64,000 bases of DNA, from positions 496,001 to 560,000 of the forward strand of contig CP120454.1 in NCBI GenBank assembly GCA_034226945.1. The letters run 5' to 3'. This document shows positions 47,522-59,782 of this stretch, piece after piece (the first letter of the stretch is position 1; every line of letters starts with the position of its first letter). The position numbers and the translations under genes are program-made. Under the pieces are notes generated by a model that did not search any database, was not told where the DNA came from, and saw nothing but the letters and a program-made list of their open reading frames with translations. The DNA is from Picochlorum sp. SENEW3 (Eukaryota).

Positions 47522-48368
47522 ATGTTCAAGGCGATCAGTGCTCGACCACCAATTGCTGTCAGACAACAGACGCGACGTTTGATCTCACAAAAGAGGATTT
47601 CAGTGCACGCAAGACAGATTGTTGCCATGAGTCAGGCAGACCCATTGTATGATATTACGGTCAAGGGCGATCCTGAGAAGAATACCCTTGCAGATTGCCC
47701 CTTCTCCCATAGAGCTCTCTTGTGTCTGGAGGAGAAGAAGGTTCCATACACGAAGACGTATGTGGATTTGGATCACAAGCCACAGTGGATGTTGGATTTG
47801 AATCCAGCTGGTACAGTGCCTTTGATGAAGGAATTGGCAACTGGGACATGGACGGTTGGATCAGATGTGGTGTCTGATGCTTTGGAGGAGAAGCAACCAG
47901 AGCCATCGTGTGGTACTGTGGAGGGTTCTCCACAGGTTGCCGGGTCTTTGTTGGGCGCTTTCAAAGAGTTTGCAAAGGCGGAGGGTGAGGAAGAATCCAA
48001 GGAGAAGGAGGCTGCTCTTGTGAAGCAGTTGGAGGAGTTGAATGATTTCTTAAAGACAACAAACCCATATATTGGGGGTGCCTCTCCATGTCAGACTGAC
48101 TTTTTGGTGATGCCACGCTTGTATCACTTGAAGATTGCGTTGAAGCATTTTAGGGTATGCTGTGATTGATTGTGTTTTTGCATGAGAAGCACAGTGTGCT
48201 GACAAGAGTTTCTTCCTGATGCAGAATTGGGATATGCCAAGCAACTTGACTGCTGTCCAGACATACATGGACACCTTCATGGGACGAGACAGCTGGAAGA
48301 ATACATACTATTCTCCAGAGCTTGTGATCAAGGGCTGGGAGCGTCATGGCATCAAGAAGCATGTATAA
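47522..48368 (+). CDS. DHAR: Dehydroascorbate reductase (GST fold); two exons
   Basis: DCPFSHRALLCLEEKKVPY, NPAGTVP, PRLYHL. Confidence 0.9.
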
Positions 48369-48397
48369 TTATGAGATGGATCACTGCATATACATTA

Positions 48398-49183
48398 TTA
48401 CCGTTTTGTTCGTTTTGGTTTTCCAAAACTGGTCGGGAGACCCTTCAACGTAATATCATGTTTTTTGTCCTGCGCTATTGGGCGTGACAGTAATGCAGCT
48501 TTGGCGCGTTCCATTTCCTCTATATTCCTGAGTTTATGCTCAAGACTGACAGGGACCTCATCTACACTTACAACAGTAGCAACTGGCTCGTCGTGAACAA
48601 TCTTCCGCTTGGGTGCGATTTCCATTGCCAATTCATCTATAGTTCTATGCTTTGTAGCCGCATCTTGTTGTGGCGCCTTTCTGCCGAGTCGTTCCTCAAG
48701 CCCCTTTTCTATAAATGCATCCCTGCACATGATCATTTCCATTGGAACAATGTTCACGTATCGAATCATGAACATCAATCGATCAATCAACGCACATATC
48801 CTTGTCTTTTTGCTTTTGAGCAGACGCATCAAACGATTCTTTACTAAAGGATGCTTGAAATGAACTAAACTTTTGTGCCTCCTGTGGTGCAATTGCTACA
48901 CTATCATCACCAGCTCTCTGCCCTGCCCGATGCATGGCGTCCTCCTAGCATCATCAATCGTCAAGATATTTCCATTAGAGGATGAATGATGGTATGAGAC
49001 GAGAGAAAGAAACAAAGACGTGACACATACCTTGCTCTTTTTTGCCCTCAACTTTTGAAGCATCTGGATGCCAGAGGGATGCACAGCCAAACTCTTCTCA
49101 TCCTCCTCTTCCTCTTCAGCAAACCTACGAGTCTTCAATCTCCTCTTCTTCCGCGTCTTTTCATCATGAGCATCTTGGGACAT
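48398..49183 (-). CDS. C9orf78/TLS1-like splicing-associated protein; multi-exon
   Basis: VDEVPVSLEHKLRNIEEMERAK resembles the Hep_59 motif; FIEKGL. Confidence 0.6.
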
Positions 49184-49483
49184 TGTTGCACCCTCTGTAA
49201 TTGTTTTGCTTGTCCCTCGAAATAGATATCATCTGCTCCCCCGACAGACAGACAGACACGTGTGTATTCTACTGCTACACATGCACTGAATTAGATACAT
49301 TTATAAAAATGCCTCGTCTGCTGCCGCAAGTATTCTTTCCCGTATTTAAATATCCTAATTAACAACACGCCGTCCCCCGAAAAAAAATACCCATCAAAAT
49401 CGCCTGTATTATGCCATCCTCCACCCCAACATGTATTCAATTTAACAGAAGTATCCCTTGATTGCGAAACCCGTACCAGCACC

Positions 49484-50596
49484 ATGCCTGCCAAGGAACC
49501 GGAGCAAGATCCCCTCCAAGGGCACCCCGTCTTTGAAAAGCTCAAATTCATCAACAGCGGAAGTTTCGGATATGTCATTCTTGCTAGAAACAAGGTATCT
49601 GGTGAGCAAGTCGCCATTAAATTCGTCGAAGTCAAGTAGGTTTTGGAAGATTATCCAATTTCTCTCGCCATGTGTCACGTCGTCGCTCTGCGACTAGGGT
49701 CTTTAGAATCGATACTATATTCATACATATAATGCAGTTCTGATAAGGATCTCAAGCATAGCCAGCGTGAAATCATGAATCACATGCAATTACTTCATCC
49801 ACATGTGGTCCAACTCAAAGAAGTGTTCGCTGCTGGCCCATACTTGGCCATTGTTATGGAGTACGTTCCTAATGGAGACATGTTCAATCATGTTGTGTCC
49901 AGACGGGGGCTGCCAGAGAATGAAGCCCGATGGTTCTTCCAACAATTGGTCCTTGGAATGGACTATTGTCACAGAAAGGGCGTGTGCAATAGAGATATCA
50001 AGTTGGAGAATACGCTCCTGGTGTTGCAAAAGGACAAGAAGCCGTTGTTAAAGATGTGTGATTTTGGGTATGCGAAGCACGACCAACTGGACTCGATAGC
50101 ACATTCCAAGGTTGGGACACCAGGGTACACGGCACCTGAGGTCATAGAATGCAAGGATGGGTCTGGATATGATGGCAAGTTGGCAGATGTGTGGAGTGCA
50201 GGTGTCATGTTATATACAATGCTGTTTGCACGGTATCCATTCGAAAGGCCAGAAGATAAAACACTGAGACCTCATGAAAGGACAAACAAGGTATTGATGA
50301 GAATCCTCAAGGTTGATTATGTTATACCCGAACGACCAGCAATCAGTGGTGAGGCAAAGGATTTAATTCAAAAGATTTTGGTGAAGAATCCAAAGGAACG
50401 GTTGTCTTTGGAGCAGATTCAGAACCATCCATGGTTCCAGACCAACCTGCCCCAAGGGAGCTTGGAATACAACACATGGGCACTGCAAGTGCCAAATCCA
50501 GGCATGCAGCCAGCTGATGTTATTGATGCGCATATTGTTCAAGCATTCAAGGCAAGAAAGAAGTTGAAAGAAGAGGAGCGAAATCGTATGGCCTAA
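49484..50596 (+). CDS. SnRK2-like Ser/Thr kinase; two exons
   Basis: SGSFG, VAIKF, RDIKLEN, CDFGY, SKVGTPGYTAPE, YDGKLADVWS. Confidence 0.92.
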
Positions 50597-50803
50597 TAGA
50601 GTAGAGTTTCTTCCCATCAAAGGACTGCATTACTAGGGAGAATGTCTTTTGGTAGATGCCTGCATGCGATATGGAAACCATGCATGCATGCAGCCAATAA
50701 ACTTGTGTCTGTCTTCATGTAATACAATTTAAAACTATTTAAAATATTTGAAAGAGTATTTTAGACGTGTATTGGGTGCGGTTGTAGTATAATAATAATA
50801 CCA

Positions 50804-52720
50804 ATGGGGAAAACCAGTAAGAAGAAGGCAAGCGCTCTTGCGGCGGAGAAAGAAAAGCAAAAGATGAAGGAAGAGGAGAAGAAAAAGAAGCAAGAATCTT
50901 CTAGTTCAGAGGTATGTGTTTGGATCTGTGGAGGGAACCCTGTGATACTTGGAGTCGCCTGACTGTGCATGCATCATCTTGGGCATGAGCGACGTGGTGT
51001 ACTGATTTGTTTACTGATCGGTTTTCTGATTCTTTTTATTATTCTTGTAATATGTAGGATTCTTCTTCTTCGGAAGAGGAGGACAGTTCTGACGGCAGTT
51101 CGTCTGAGAGCAGCGGAAGTGACGACTCTTCCGATAGCTCTGGTGACGACGACGACGACAAGGATGATGGATCATCATCGTCTTCTTCTTCTGAGGACGA
51201 TTCGTCTTCTTCTTCTGAGGATGATGACGACGATGACAAGGATGATGGATCTTCTTCAGACTCGGATTCTGATGGATCTTCTTCAGACTCAGATTCAGAT
51301 TCTGATGGATCTTCTTCAGACTCAGATTCAGATTCTGATGGATCTTCCTCTGATTCAGATTCAGATTCCGATTCCAAAGAAGAAGACAAGGCTGAAAGCG
51401 ATGGCGCCAAGGATGGTTCTGATTCATCAGACGGATCTTCTTCGTCTTCAGATTCTGATTCATCAGATGGAGATTCTTCAGATTCTGATTCATCAGATGG
51501 AGATTCTTCTTCTTCTTCTGATGATGATGAGTCTTCTGAAGAGGAAAAGGAAGAGCCAAAGAGCAAGAAGAAGAACAAGCGCAAGGCAGAGGAGGAAGCT
51601 CCAGAGCCAGAAGCCAAAAAGAGCAAAGGTGGTAATGCTGATGTGGATGTCAGTTTGGCGAATGGAAGCAGGACTATTTTCATGAGAAATTTGCCATGGT
51701 CTGCGACAGAGGATGATATTCGTAGCTTTTTGGCGGATGCTGGACCAATATACCAAGTCCGTCTTGCAGTTGATTATGATGGCAGGCCAAAAGGCTTTGG
51801 TCACGTAGAGTTTGAATCAGTAGAAGGAGCAGCTGGTGCTATTCAGTTATCTGGAGGATATATTGGTGATAGAGAGATCTATATTGAGACAACAACTGAG
51901 CGACAACAACGTACGTGATATTTCAAGGATGCACTATTTTGTAGGTTTCAGCACTGTCGGTGGAAGACAAACCGTGTGTTGCCGCATGGTCTGCTTCTCT
52001 GTGTGGGATACCTTTGCTTTTGTACTCGTTACATCAGCTCTATGATTGGTATAAAGCCCGTCAGAAACACCGTAGAACAAGGACCCCGGTTGTAGGCTTT
52101 TTGTCTCCTGGGTGGACCAAACGCTGATTCCATTATCGTAGGGAGTGCCGTCGGCACCATTACCCTTTCGGGCTTACCCAGCGAATGTCAAACTATTGTT
52201 ACTGAGCTAACCTTTTATTTTACATTATTCAGGTACGCCAATGGCAGCTGATAATGGCAGCACATTGTTTGTCAAAGGATTTGATAAGTATCTTGGAGAA
52301 GAGGAAGTCAGGAATCAACTGACAGAGGCCTTTTCGGCATATGGAACAGTAAATGGTGTGAGATTGCCAACTGATAGAGAAACAGGAGAACTCAAGGGTA
52401 TTGGTTATGTGGAATTTGCAACTGCTGATGAAAAGAATGCTGCTGTGGAACTTAATGGACAGGAAGCTGCTGGAGGATGGCTCAAGGTTGATCCAAACCC
52501 AGGAGCACCAACACCTCGCTCAGGAGGCGATGGTGGTCGTGGTGGTGGCCGTGGTGGGGGTCGCGGTGGTGGTCGTGGAGGTCGCGGTGGCCGTGGTGGC
52601 GGTGGCCGCAGTGGTGGCCGAGGAGGAGGTGGTGGTGGCCGTGGGCCATCCAGACCAAGGCTATCAATTGATGCAAATGCATCAGGCACTGGAGTCAATA
52701 AGAAGATGACTTTCGATTAG
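50804..52720 (+). CDS. Nucleolin/NSR1-like (S/D-rich tract, two RRMs, RGG tail); three exons
   Basis: IFMRNLPWS..KGFGHVEF; LFVKGFD..KGIGYVEF; GGRGG repeats; introns at ~50912-51057 and 51911-52232. Confidence 0.9.
51060..51540 (+). repeat. Coding low-complexity Ser/Asp repeats, including 30-bp units
   Basis: GATTCAGATTCTGATGGATCTTCTTCAGACTCA-type units. Confidence 0.85.
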
Positions 52721-52818
52721 AGGCATGTAATGTAATGAATGTTTCATTTGTTATGGAATACACATGTAATATCAGATTCTCAAATCTACAATTCTCACAA
52801 AAAAGATGGTCAAGTAGA

Positions 52819-54057
52819 TCATAGCTCCATGACGCTACCATTGATGAGATATGGGCTTGTAAATGTAGTTTGATCCGACGGTTTTGCTCCAATGACGGGT
52901 AGGAGTCTTACTGAAAGAGGCTTTGTTTGCCTGTTGCTTATCGCACGAATATCTAATACATATCCTGCAATCTGCTCTTGGATCTGTTGACTGAGAGCAG
53001 ACGAGCCATCATCTGATACTCCAGGGACGGGGACTGTGTCTAATCCTATACCGCATAATCCTGCGTATAATAAAAGCTTTTGAATGTCGAGATCTCCTCG
53101 AGAAGCTGCATGAGCCAGACTTTCATTTTCAAGCACTGGGAGCATGACACCACAGTATCCTGTCGTAAGGACATTAAGAGATTTTAGGGCTTTGGTAATT
53201 GCATCTATTGTAGCAGGGGTACCCGGTCCCCAAGGTCTTTGATTGCCAAATGGAAATTTCAAGCATTCCTCAAGATTGTGTTCAGGACCTCTCAAATCTG
53301 GTGCAATCGATGCATCAATCCCTTTGTATTCCCATCCATGCTCATCAGCCCATGACATACAGATCTTTTCAATAGGTTGACATGCTGTAAAAAATACTGA
53401 TTCTACCTCCTCTTGTAATAGCGTCAAAGGGCAAGTACTACTTGAGTGCGATCGCTCATGTGCAGTTGAGTAAGCCTGATGCAGCAAGGCACTGTTTTCC
53501 AGTCCTAATGCAAAAGACGTCCCATCTGGACCTGAATACGACGCTGGAAAATAGGGTATTGTCGGCTTACAGTTGACTGATACCCCGAATCGAAAGGTGC
53601 ATCCTGGGCGTTTTCTCTCCATGGCAAGAATCTCTCGAGCAAGATGAAGGGCTTCCGGTGTACCCCACCCCTCCCCAAAATCAACCGACATGCTCGTCAC
53701 CTCAAGGCTGGAAACCAAGTCACTAAGCATACCAGGCCTACATATACATTCTCGGTCACGCAGCGTGCCCAAATTTAGAAATTGAAGCCCTTCTTGCTGA
53801 GCAATTTTTTCAAGCTCTACTGCCTTGTCTACAATATCTGGGCCCATTGTCTCGAGCAAATCCGTCAGAATATTGGTGCTTACACGTATGGTTTGTACTT
53901 CTAGTCCAATGTCTCCTAATCTCTGCTGTATTTGCTGTAAATGCGCGAGCGCATCTCTGATATACGTAGCCCATGCCTCACTGTCTGTCAACGTTTTTTG
54001 TGTACAAGGACAAAAAGCCGTGATCGTCCTCACTTTGAACTTGGGAGACGATGCCAT
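52819..54057 (-). CDS. DUF711/UPF0210 (PFL-like fold) family protein
   Basis: KVRTIT, VQTIRVST, GIDASIAP, GYCGVMLPVLE, CGIGLDTVPVPG, KPLSVRLLPV. Confidence 0.85.
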   Translation of the reverse strand: MASSPKFKVRTITAFCPCTQKTLTDSEAWATYIRDALAHLQQIQQRLGDIGLEVQTIRVSTNILTDLLETMGPDIVDKAVELEKIAQQEGLQFLNLGTLRDRECICRPGMLSDLVSSLEVTSMSVDFGEGWGTPEALHLAREILAMERKRPGCTFRFGVSVNCKPTIPYFPASYSGPDGTSFALGLENSALLHQAYSTAHERSHSSSTCPLTLLQEEVESVFFTACQPIEKICMSWADEHGWEYKGIDASIAPDLRGPEHNLEECLKFPFGNQRPWGPGTPATIDAITKALKSLNVLTTGYCGVMLPVLENESLAHAASRGDLDIQKLLLYAGLCGIGLDTVPVPGVSDDGSSALSQQIQEQIAGYVLDIRAISNRQTKPLSVRLLPVIGAKPSDQTTFTSPYLINGSVMEL

Positions 54058-54380
54058 TTCTAAGATTGATGTTGAGACTTTAAAAAAAATTCTTTAAGAC
54101 GAAACCTGTCGCTCAGTGAGTCACTCACATGGATTCCATCACTAGGATTTTAAATCCATATCGAGTATTTTCTACTTCATGCTCGCGAGAACGAGGAAAT
54201 TGAAACATGGGTATTTCAAATTAATTTATGTGAATTGAAATTAAGCAATATAGAGACTGTATTAATGCCCTTGTCGTCGGCAGCACTGGGTTTGCAGACT
54301 CAGCATGCAACTCCCTGACAAGTTCAGTGCACAAGAAATGCCGCGGGAGTAGAGACTTTTTCACGTCGTGGATTCATAAA

Positions 54381-55715
54381 ATGGACAACGTACATCCTAA
54401 GATAGAGTCAAGTGACACAGAGCCGAGAAAAGATGACTTTGTGATCTCAGGACCGTTTCGCTTGGTATGTGCAATCTCCATGCCAACTCTCCATCACAAC
54501 CGATGATGCATCATCTACCCCATCCGTCGCTTTGAATTGTAGGTAAAACCATATCATTTCGATTTTGTGTGCTCGGTGAAGCAGAGATGGGCAGGGCAGA
54601 CGATCATTGATATATTTGAAAAGGAGTTCAAAGGCAGGAATAGAGCATACTATGAGAATGCATTCAAGGTTGGTAAACTTCGCGTGGAAGGACCCAAGAA
54701 GAAGAAGGGACGAGTAGTGACTACGGATACTTTGCTGAATCAGGGTGAGCGAATGCGGCATCACGTTCATAGACATGAGCCTCCTGTGCCAAACATTCCA
54801 ATTCAAATCATTGAAGCAAATGACGATTTTGTCGTGGTGAACAAGCCACCTGGAATTCCTGTCCATTCTGCTGGACAATATAGAAAAAATACGGTTCATG
54901 GGATACTTCAAGCAGAGCATGGTCACCTGATGCCTATGGCTCCATCCCACCGACTAGACAAGCCTGTGTCGGGCATCTTGGTGTTTAGCAGAAACCGCAA
55001 TGCCGCTGAGCGGATACGCAAAGCCATGGCTTCTGGAGAAACAAAAAAAGTATATGTAGCACGAGTCTTGGGGAGATTTGAGAAGGACATGTTGGTGGAT
55101 GCACCCATGTGTTTTGATTACAATCTTGCCAAGGCAATTGTGAGGGACAATGATGAGCGTGATATGACAAGTAGCAGGAAGAGAAGGCACGAAGACGATG
55201 AAGATGAGAAAGAAGAAGGGAAGAAAAACGACCCCAAAGGCGATTCAATTTTCCGAAGTGCGAAAACAGTGGTTCGGCTCCTAGCACACGCACCTGATGG
55301 AAAGACTAGCTTGGTTGAGTGCCAACCCATCACAGGAAGAACTCATCAAATTAGAGCACATTTGTCTCACATTGGATTCCCCATTGCCAATGACGTCACA
55401 TATGGAGGTACTTGGGGTGGTTATACATCAACAGTAGATCTTGCCAAATCTCTTGGAATCACTAGAAATCTTGACAATCCAGAGCATACAAAAAAGACGA
55501 TAATTCACGGTTCCGAAGCTCTAGACGTGAACGACATTGTTCCAGAAGATTTACGGGATGACGTGTGTCCCCATTGCCCGTATTACGTCGCGAGAGATTA
55601 TCCTGTAGACCTGACACCATTGTGGCTTCATGCAAGGAAATACTCCTTCTGTGATCAAGAATTTCTTGCTCCATATCCCACATGGGCAAAAGAGGATTTT
55701 CCTTCCTTACAATGA
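54381..55715 (+). CDS. RluA-family pseudouridine synthase (RPUSD2/Rib2-like)
   Basis: HRHEPPV, VNKPPGIPVH, HRLDKPVSG, TGRTHQIRAHL. Confidence 0.92.
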
Positions 55716-55742
55716 AACTATATGTATATTATTGACAGATTT

Positions 55743-57092
55743 TTAACCGACAAAGCCAAAGTAATCCATAGGGTCTGCTGAGAGGGCAGTGCGAGCTCCA
55801 GATGATGATATCTCTCTCCCATCTTCATCATCTGATACATCATCTGGATCTCGGCCCTCTTCTATTCGGATACTCCTCAGAGCTTCTTCAATATCCTTTT
55901 GGTTAGGAATGCGCCGTGGTCCCAGAGCCTTTTTAGCTTCCTCCAGGCTCTCATATTCAGGGAGAGGCCGAAGGCCCAAGTTTGCAGGTGTTCTCTTCCA
56001 AGCATCATTTTTTGGTACATCAAAACAGTGCAGCGCCGTATCCAATAAAAAGTCTAGAAGCATGTCAGATGATTCTTCTGGCGAATCCCGGATAAAATTT
56101 GAGGATTGCCCTGCCATCTCTTCTACTGTCAACGATTCTGCCTTTTGGCACAAGCTTGTTACACGACACACGTCCTGCCTTGATATCAGACTGGAATACT
56201 CTCCAAAAGCGAACAACACATGAACCGTGAGGTTTTCTAAGGCCACTTTGAATGCTTCAATATCAAACTGAAACTCGAATAGAGGGTCCATCCTGGCCAT
56301 ATACACGCCCCCCATGGAGTCCTCCCGAAGCAACTCTTTTGCAACATGTTGACAGTATACGTCATCCCCTGTCGCTCGTTCCATCCATATTGTAAATTCC
56401 GTGTCATCCTTCAATTCATCAAAACTCTTTTCCATACAATACCGTGCCAAACGTGGACCAATCGAACTCAAGGGCGACCTCAACCAAGACACTAGGTCAT
56501 ACTCATGCCCATACACAGACTTTTCCTGTCCCAAACTCCTTCTTATCCATGGCTGCTTGGAGCCATCTACACTATCAATCAATACTCCCATTTCCAATGC
56601 CCCAACAGCACCGATTAGTTTTGGACACCTGTGTGCGAGCGTGAGCGCCACAACTGCCCCCATCCCAAGACCAAAAATACACACTGGTGCCACATACAAA
56701 TCCTTTTCTATAATAAACCCATGGAGGTCCCTCACCATGGATTCACATGTATATACTGTAGAATGCGTCGATCGACCGTGTCCCCGAGCATCCAATGCAA
56801 AAACTCGATACCCAGCATTGCCCATTTCTGATGCCACCCCATCCCAGACACTGCTACTCGTCCCAGCCCCATGCAGCAATATAATCACATTCTTTCCACC
56901 AGCAGCTGCACCCCATTCTTTGTACGCCATTCGTATCCCAGTTTCAGATATGTTGATAAACGAGTACTTTATTGTCTGAACAGATCCATACGATGCCTTT
57001 TTTGAACGAATCTTCCCAATCTCTTGGAGGACACTCCAACTCTTTTTTTCCTCTGCCAGAGATGGCCCTAATAGAGCATTATATGCATCCAT
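55743..57092 (-). CDS. Alpha/beta hydrolase-fold protein with atypical nucleophile site (GLGMG)
   Basis: ILLHGAG, ALDARGHGRS, FGLGMGAVVAL. Confidence 0.8.
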   Translation of the reverse strand: MDAYNALLGPSLAEEKKSWSVLQEIGKIRSKKASYGSVQTIKYSFINISETGIRMAYKEWGAAAGGKNVIILLHGAGTSSSVWDGVASEMGNAGYRVFALDARGHGRSTHSTVYTCESMVRDLHGFIIEKDLYVAPVCIFGLGMGAVVALTLAHRCPKLIGAVGALEMGVLIDSVDGSKQPWIRRSLGQEKSVYGHEYDLVSWLRSPLSSIGPRLARYCMEKSFDELKDDTEFTIWMERATGDDVYCQHVAKELLREDSMGGVYMARMDPLFEFQFDIEAFKVALENLTVHVLFAFGEYSSLISRQDVCRVTSLCQKAESLTVEEMAGQSSNFIRDSPEESSDMLLDFLLDTALHCFDVPKNDAWKRTPANLGLRPLPEYESLEEAKKALGPRRIPNQKDIEEALRSIRIEEGRDPDDVSDDEDGREISSSGARTALSADPMDYFGFVG

Positions 57093-57640
57093 GGCTATCT
57101 AATATAGTATTATACCTCTATATTGTACTTACTAGTCCAAGAAAGCGAAGAATATCGACATGAGAAACATTCCAGTCTTTGCTTTGGTCAACGGCTAGTA
57201 AAGACCACCTTCTCCCGACACACTGGAACCTACGAGTACTTGCATGGCCTAAAGAGTCATCTATATTAAACAATGCTGTATGCATGAGGGAACAAGGTAG
57301 CCTCATCCATCGTCGATGGCAAGGGTGTCCATGGAAAGAATTTTTTAATTCCGTTGTCTTGAATTGAATTCAATCTGCATCTTTTTCACTGTTTCTTTAG
57401 AAACGGTCCCATGCAGATGCACTGGTAATATTTCAGGTATTTGTAGTATATAGAACGTAAGACGACGCGTTCAGTCGTGTAGCCTGCTGCTGGAGCATGG
57501 AACAATCGTAAACTTGTTCCATTCGTTGTCGTTCAAGTGGCCCGGTGGACAGGAATTTGGCCTTTTGAGTTAGATTTGTATTTAAATATTTATAAGACAG
57601 AATCGGAGGATCATACGTGTGGGTGAAAAAGACAAGCACG

Positions 57641-59746
57641 ATGCAGCGTCCAGTGCCAGTGAAAAATAAGCAGCCTGCTCCGACGCAGATTACTGCTGAG
57701 CAGATTCTTCGAGAGTCTAAATCTTTGCAAGCAGATGAGTTTCAGGCGCCATCGGTGAAGATTACGGATCCGCAGGAGCTGGCGGAATATCGTATGGGAA
57801 AGAGGAAGGAGTTTGAAGACAATGTGAGACGCGTTGGCAGATGGAATGGATCTATATGGGTCAAGTATGCTCAGTGGGAGGAGACGCAAAAGGACTTTCG
57901 GAGAGCTCGAAGTGTGTGGGAGAGAGCGTTGGAGACTGATCCGAGGAACACAAGTTTGTGGCTAAAGTATGCAGAGATGGAAATGAGGCATAGGTTTGTA
58001 AACCATGCGAGGAATGTGTGGGATAGAGCTGTGACCATGTTGCCAAGAATAGATCAGTTGTGGTATAAATATATCCATATGGAAGAGATGCTTGGTAATG
58101 TTGCGGGTGCTCGACAGATTTTTGAGAGGTGGATGCAGTGGGAGCCAGACCATCATGGCTGGATGGCGTATATTAAAATGGAGCTTCGATATGGGGAGGT
58201 TGATAGGGCGAGAGGTATATACGAAAGGTATATTAGATGTATTCCCTCGGTGAAGGCGTGGGTGAGGTACGCCAAGTTTGAATTGAAGAATGGGAATCCT
58301 GGTCTGGCACGGAGGTGTTATGAGCGGTCTCTGGAAGAGTTGAGTGAGGATGACATCACAGATGAGCTATTTCTGAAATTTGCCGAGTTTGAGGAGATGT
58401 TGGACGAAACTGAAAGAGCAAGGGCTATTTACAAGTATGCTTTGGAGCATTTTAAAGAGGGCGATGCTTCAGCTATTCGACAACGATACATGGCATTTGA
58501 GAAACAGAGAGGGGACCGCGAGGGGATTGAGGAGGCAATATATGTGAAAAGGAGGGAAGAGTATGAGTCCAAGTTGAAGAAGGATCCTTTAGATTATGAT
58601 TTGTGGTTTGATTTGACTCGTTTGGAGGAGGAAGCTGGAGATTTGGCAAAGATACGAAATGCATATGAAATGGCAGTAGCAGCATTGCCACCGGCAGAAG
58701 AGAAGAGGTATTGGGAGCGCTACATCTATATTTGGATAAAGTATGCCCTTTTTGAAGAACTTATCGCAAAAGATATGGAGCGCACTCGAGAAGTGTACAG
58801 GACATGCTTGAAGATCATCCCTCACTCTGCCTTTACGTTTGCAAAGATTTGGATCATGGCAGCTCAGTTTGAGATCAGACAGCATAGATTGGATGCAGCC
58901 CGAAAAATTTTTGGGATGTCGATTGGCATGTGCCCGAAGAATAAATTGTTCAGATCGTATATTGAGATGGAGTTGTCGTTGGGTAATATTGATCGATGCA
59001 GGGTGCTCTATGAAAAGCATTTGGAATTCAATCCAGCATCTGCGGCAGCGTGGGGACAATTCGCCGAACTAGAGACAGCTTTAGGGGAATCTGAAAGAGC
59101 ACGAGCTCTGTATGAAATAGCAATATCTCAGCCCGAAGCTGACATGCCAGAGGCACTATGGAAAGCCTACATCGACTTTGAGATTGCTGAGGAAGACCGC
59201 AGAAATGCTCGAGCTCTGTATGAGAGACTTTTAGAGAAGACACAGCATGTGAAAGTCTGGCTTTCCTATGCGAAATTCGAAGGAACTGCATTAAAAATAT
59301 TAATAGCTGAACAAGAAGGAGAGGACACGTCGAAATTTGCTGGACAAGATGTACAAGAACTTGATGATTCTAGAAATGCAGTAGGCCAGGCTGATCGAGT
59401 CAGGAAAGCTCGGGACATTTATTCCAGAGGCTTCCGCTCCCTCCGTGAGCTACAATTAGACTGCAAAGAAGAAGCAGTGATGTTATTAGAAGCTTGGCGA
59501 AAATTCGAGAAAGAATCTCTCGCATCAGGCTTTGGGTCAGAAGAAGCAGTGCAGGCTGTGGAAGAAAAGATGCCACGGCGTGTCAAGCGAAAAAGACCAA
59601 TCGTGCTGGAAGATGGCACAGAGACTGGTGGTATGGAGGAATATTATGATTACATTTTCCCAGATGAAGCCTCTGCAGCACCTAATATGAAGATTCTAGA
59701 GGCAGCATACAAATGGAAGAAACAGAAAATGGAATCAACAGACTAG
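57641..59746 (+). CDS. CRNKL1: Crooked neck pre-mRNA splicing factor
   Basis: VKNKQPAPTQITAEQILRE, HAT repeats, EEYYDYIFPD, KILEAAYKWKK. Confidence 0.96.
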   Translation: MQRPVPVKNKQPAPTQITAEQILRESKSLQADEFQAPSVKITDPQELAEYRMGKRKEFEDNVRRVGRWNGSIWVKYAQWEETQKDFRRARSVWERALETDPRNTSLWLKYAEMEMRHRFVNHARNVWDRAVTMLPRIDQLWYKYIHMEEMLGNVAGARQIFERWMQWEPDHHGWMAYIKMELRYGEVDRARGIYERYIRCIPSVKAWVRYAKFELKNGNPGLARRCYERSLEELSEDDITDELFLKFAEFEEMLDETERARAIYKYALEHFKEGDASAIRQRYMAFEKQRGDREGIEEAIYVKRREEYESKLKKDPLDYDLWFDLTRLEEEAGDLAKIRNAYEMAVAALPPAEEKRYWERYIYIWIKYALFEELIAKDMERTREVYRTCLKIIPHSAFTFAKIWIMAAQFEIRQHRLDAARKIFGMSIGMCPKNKLFRSYIEMELSLGNIDRCRVLYEKHLEFNPASAAAWGQFAELETALGESERARALYEIAISQPEADMPEALWKAYIDFEIAEEDRRNARALYERLLEKTQHVKVWLSYAKFEGTALKILIAEQEGEDTSKFAGQDVQELDDSRNAVGQADRVRKARDIYSRGFRSLRELQLDCKEEAVMLLEAWRKFEKESLASGFGSEEAVQAVEEKMPRRVKRKRPIVLEDGTETGGMEEYYDYIFPDEASAAPNMKILEAAYKWKKQKMESTD

Positions 59747-59782
59747 TACACTCTGGAGCCACACATGTAACATCATCATTCA

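Noticed and set aside
50969..51685. Long overlapping ORFs on both strands
   Set aside because: Shadows of the low-complexity Ser/Asp tract of nucleolin
52075..52180. RNase MRP RNA (AAGGACCCCGG / CGGGCTTAC)
   Set aside because: P4 pairing is imperfect and other conserved regions were not found; a local stem explains CGGGCTT better
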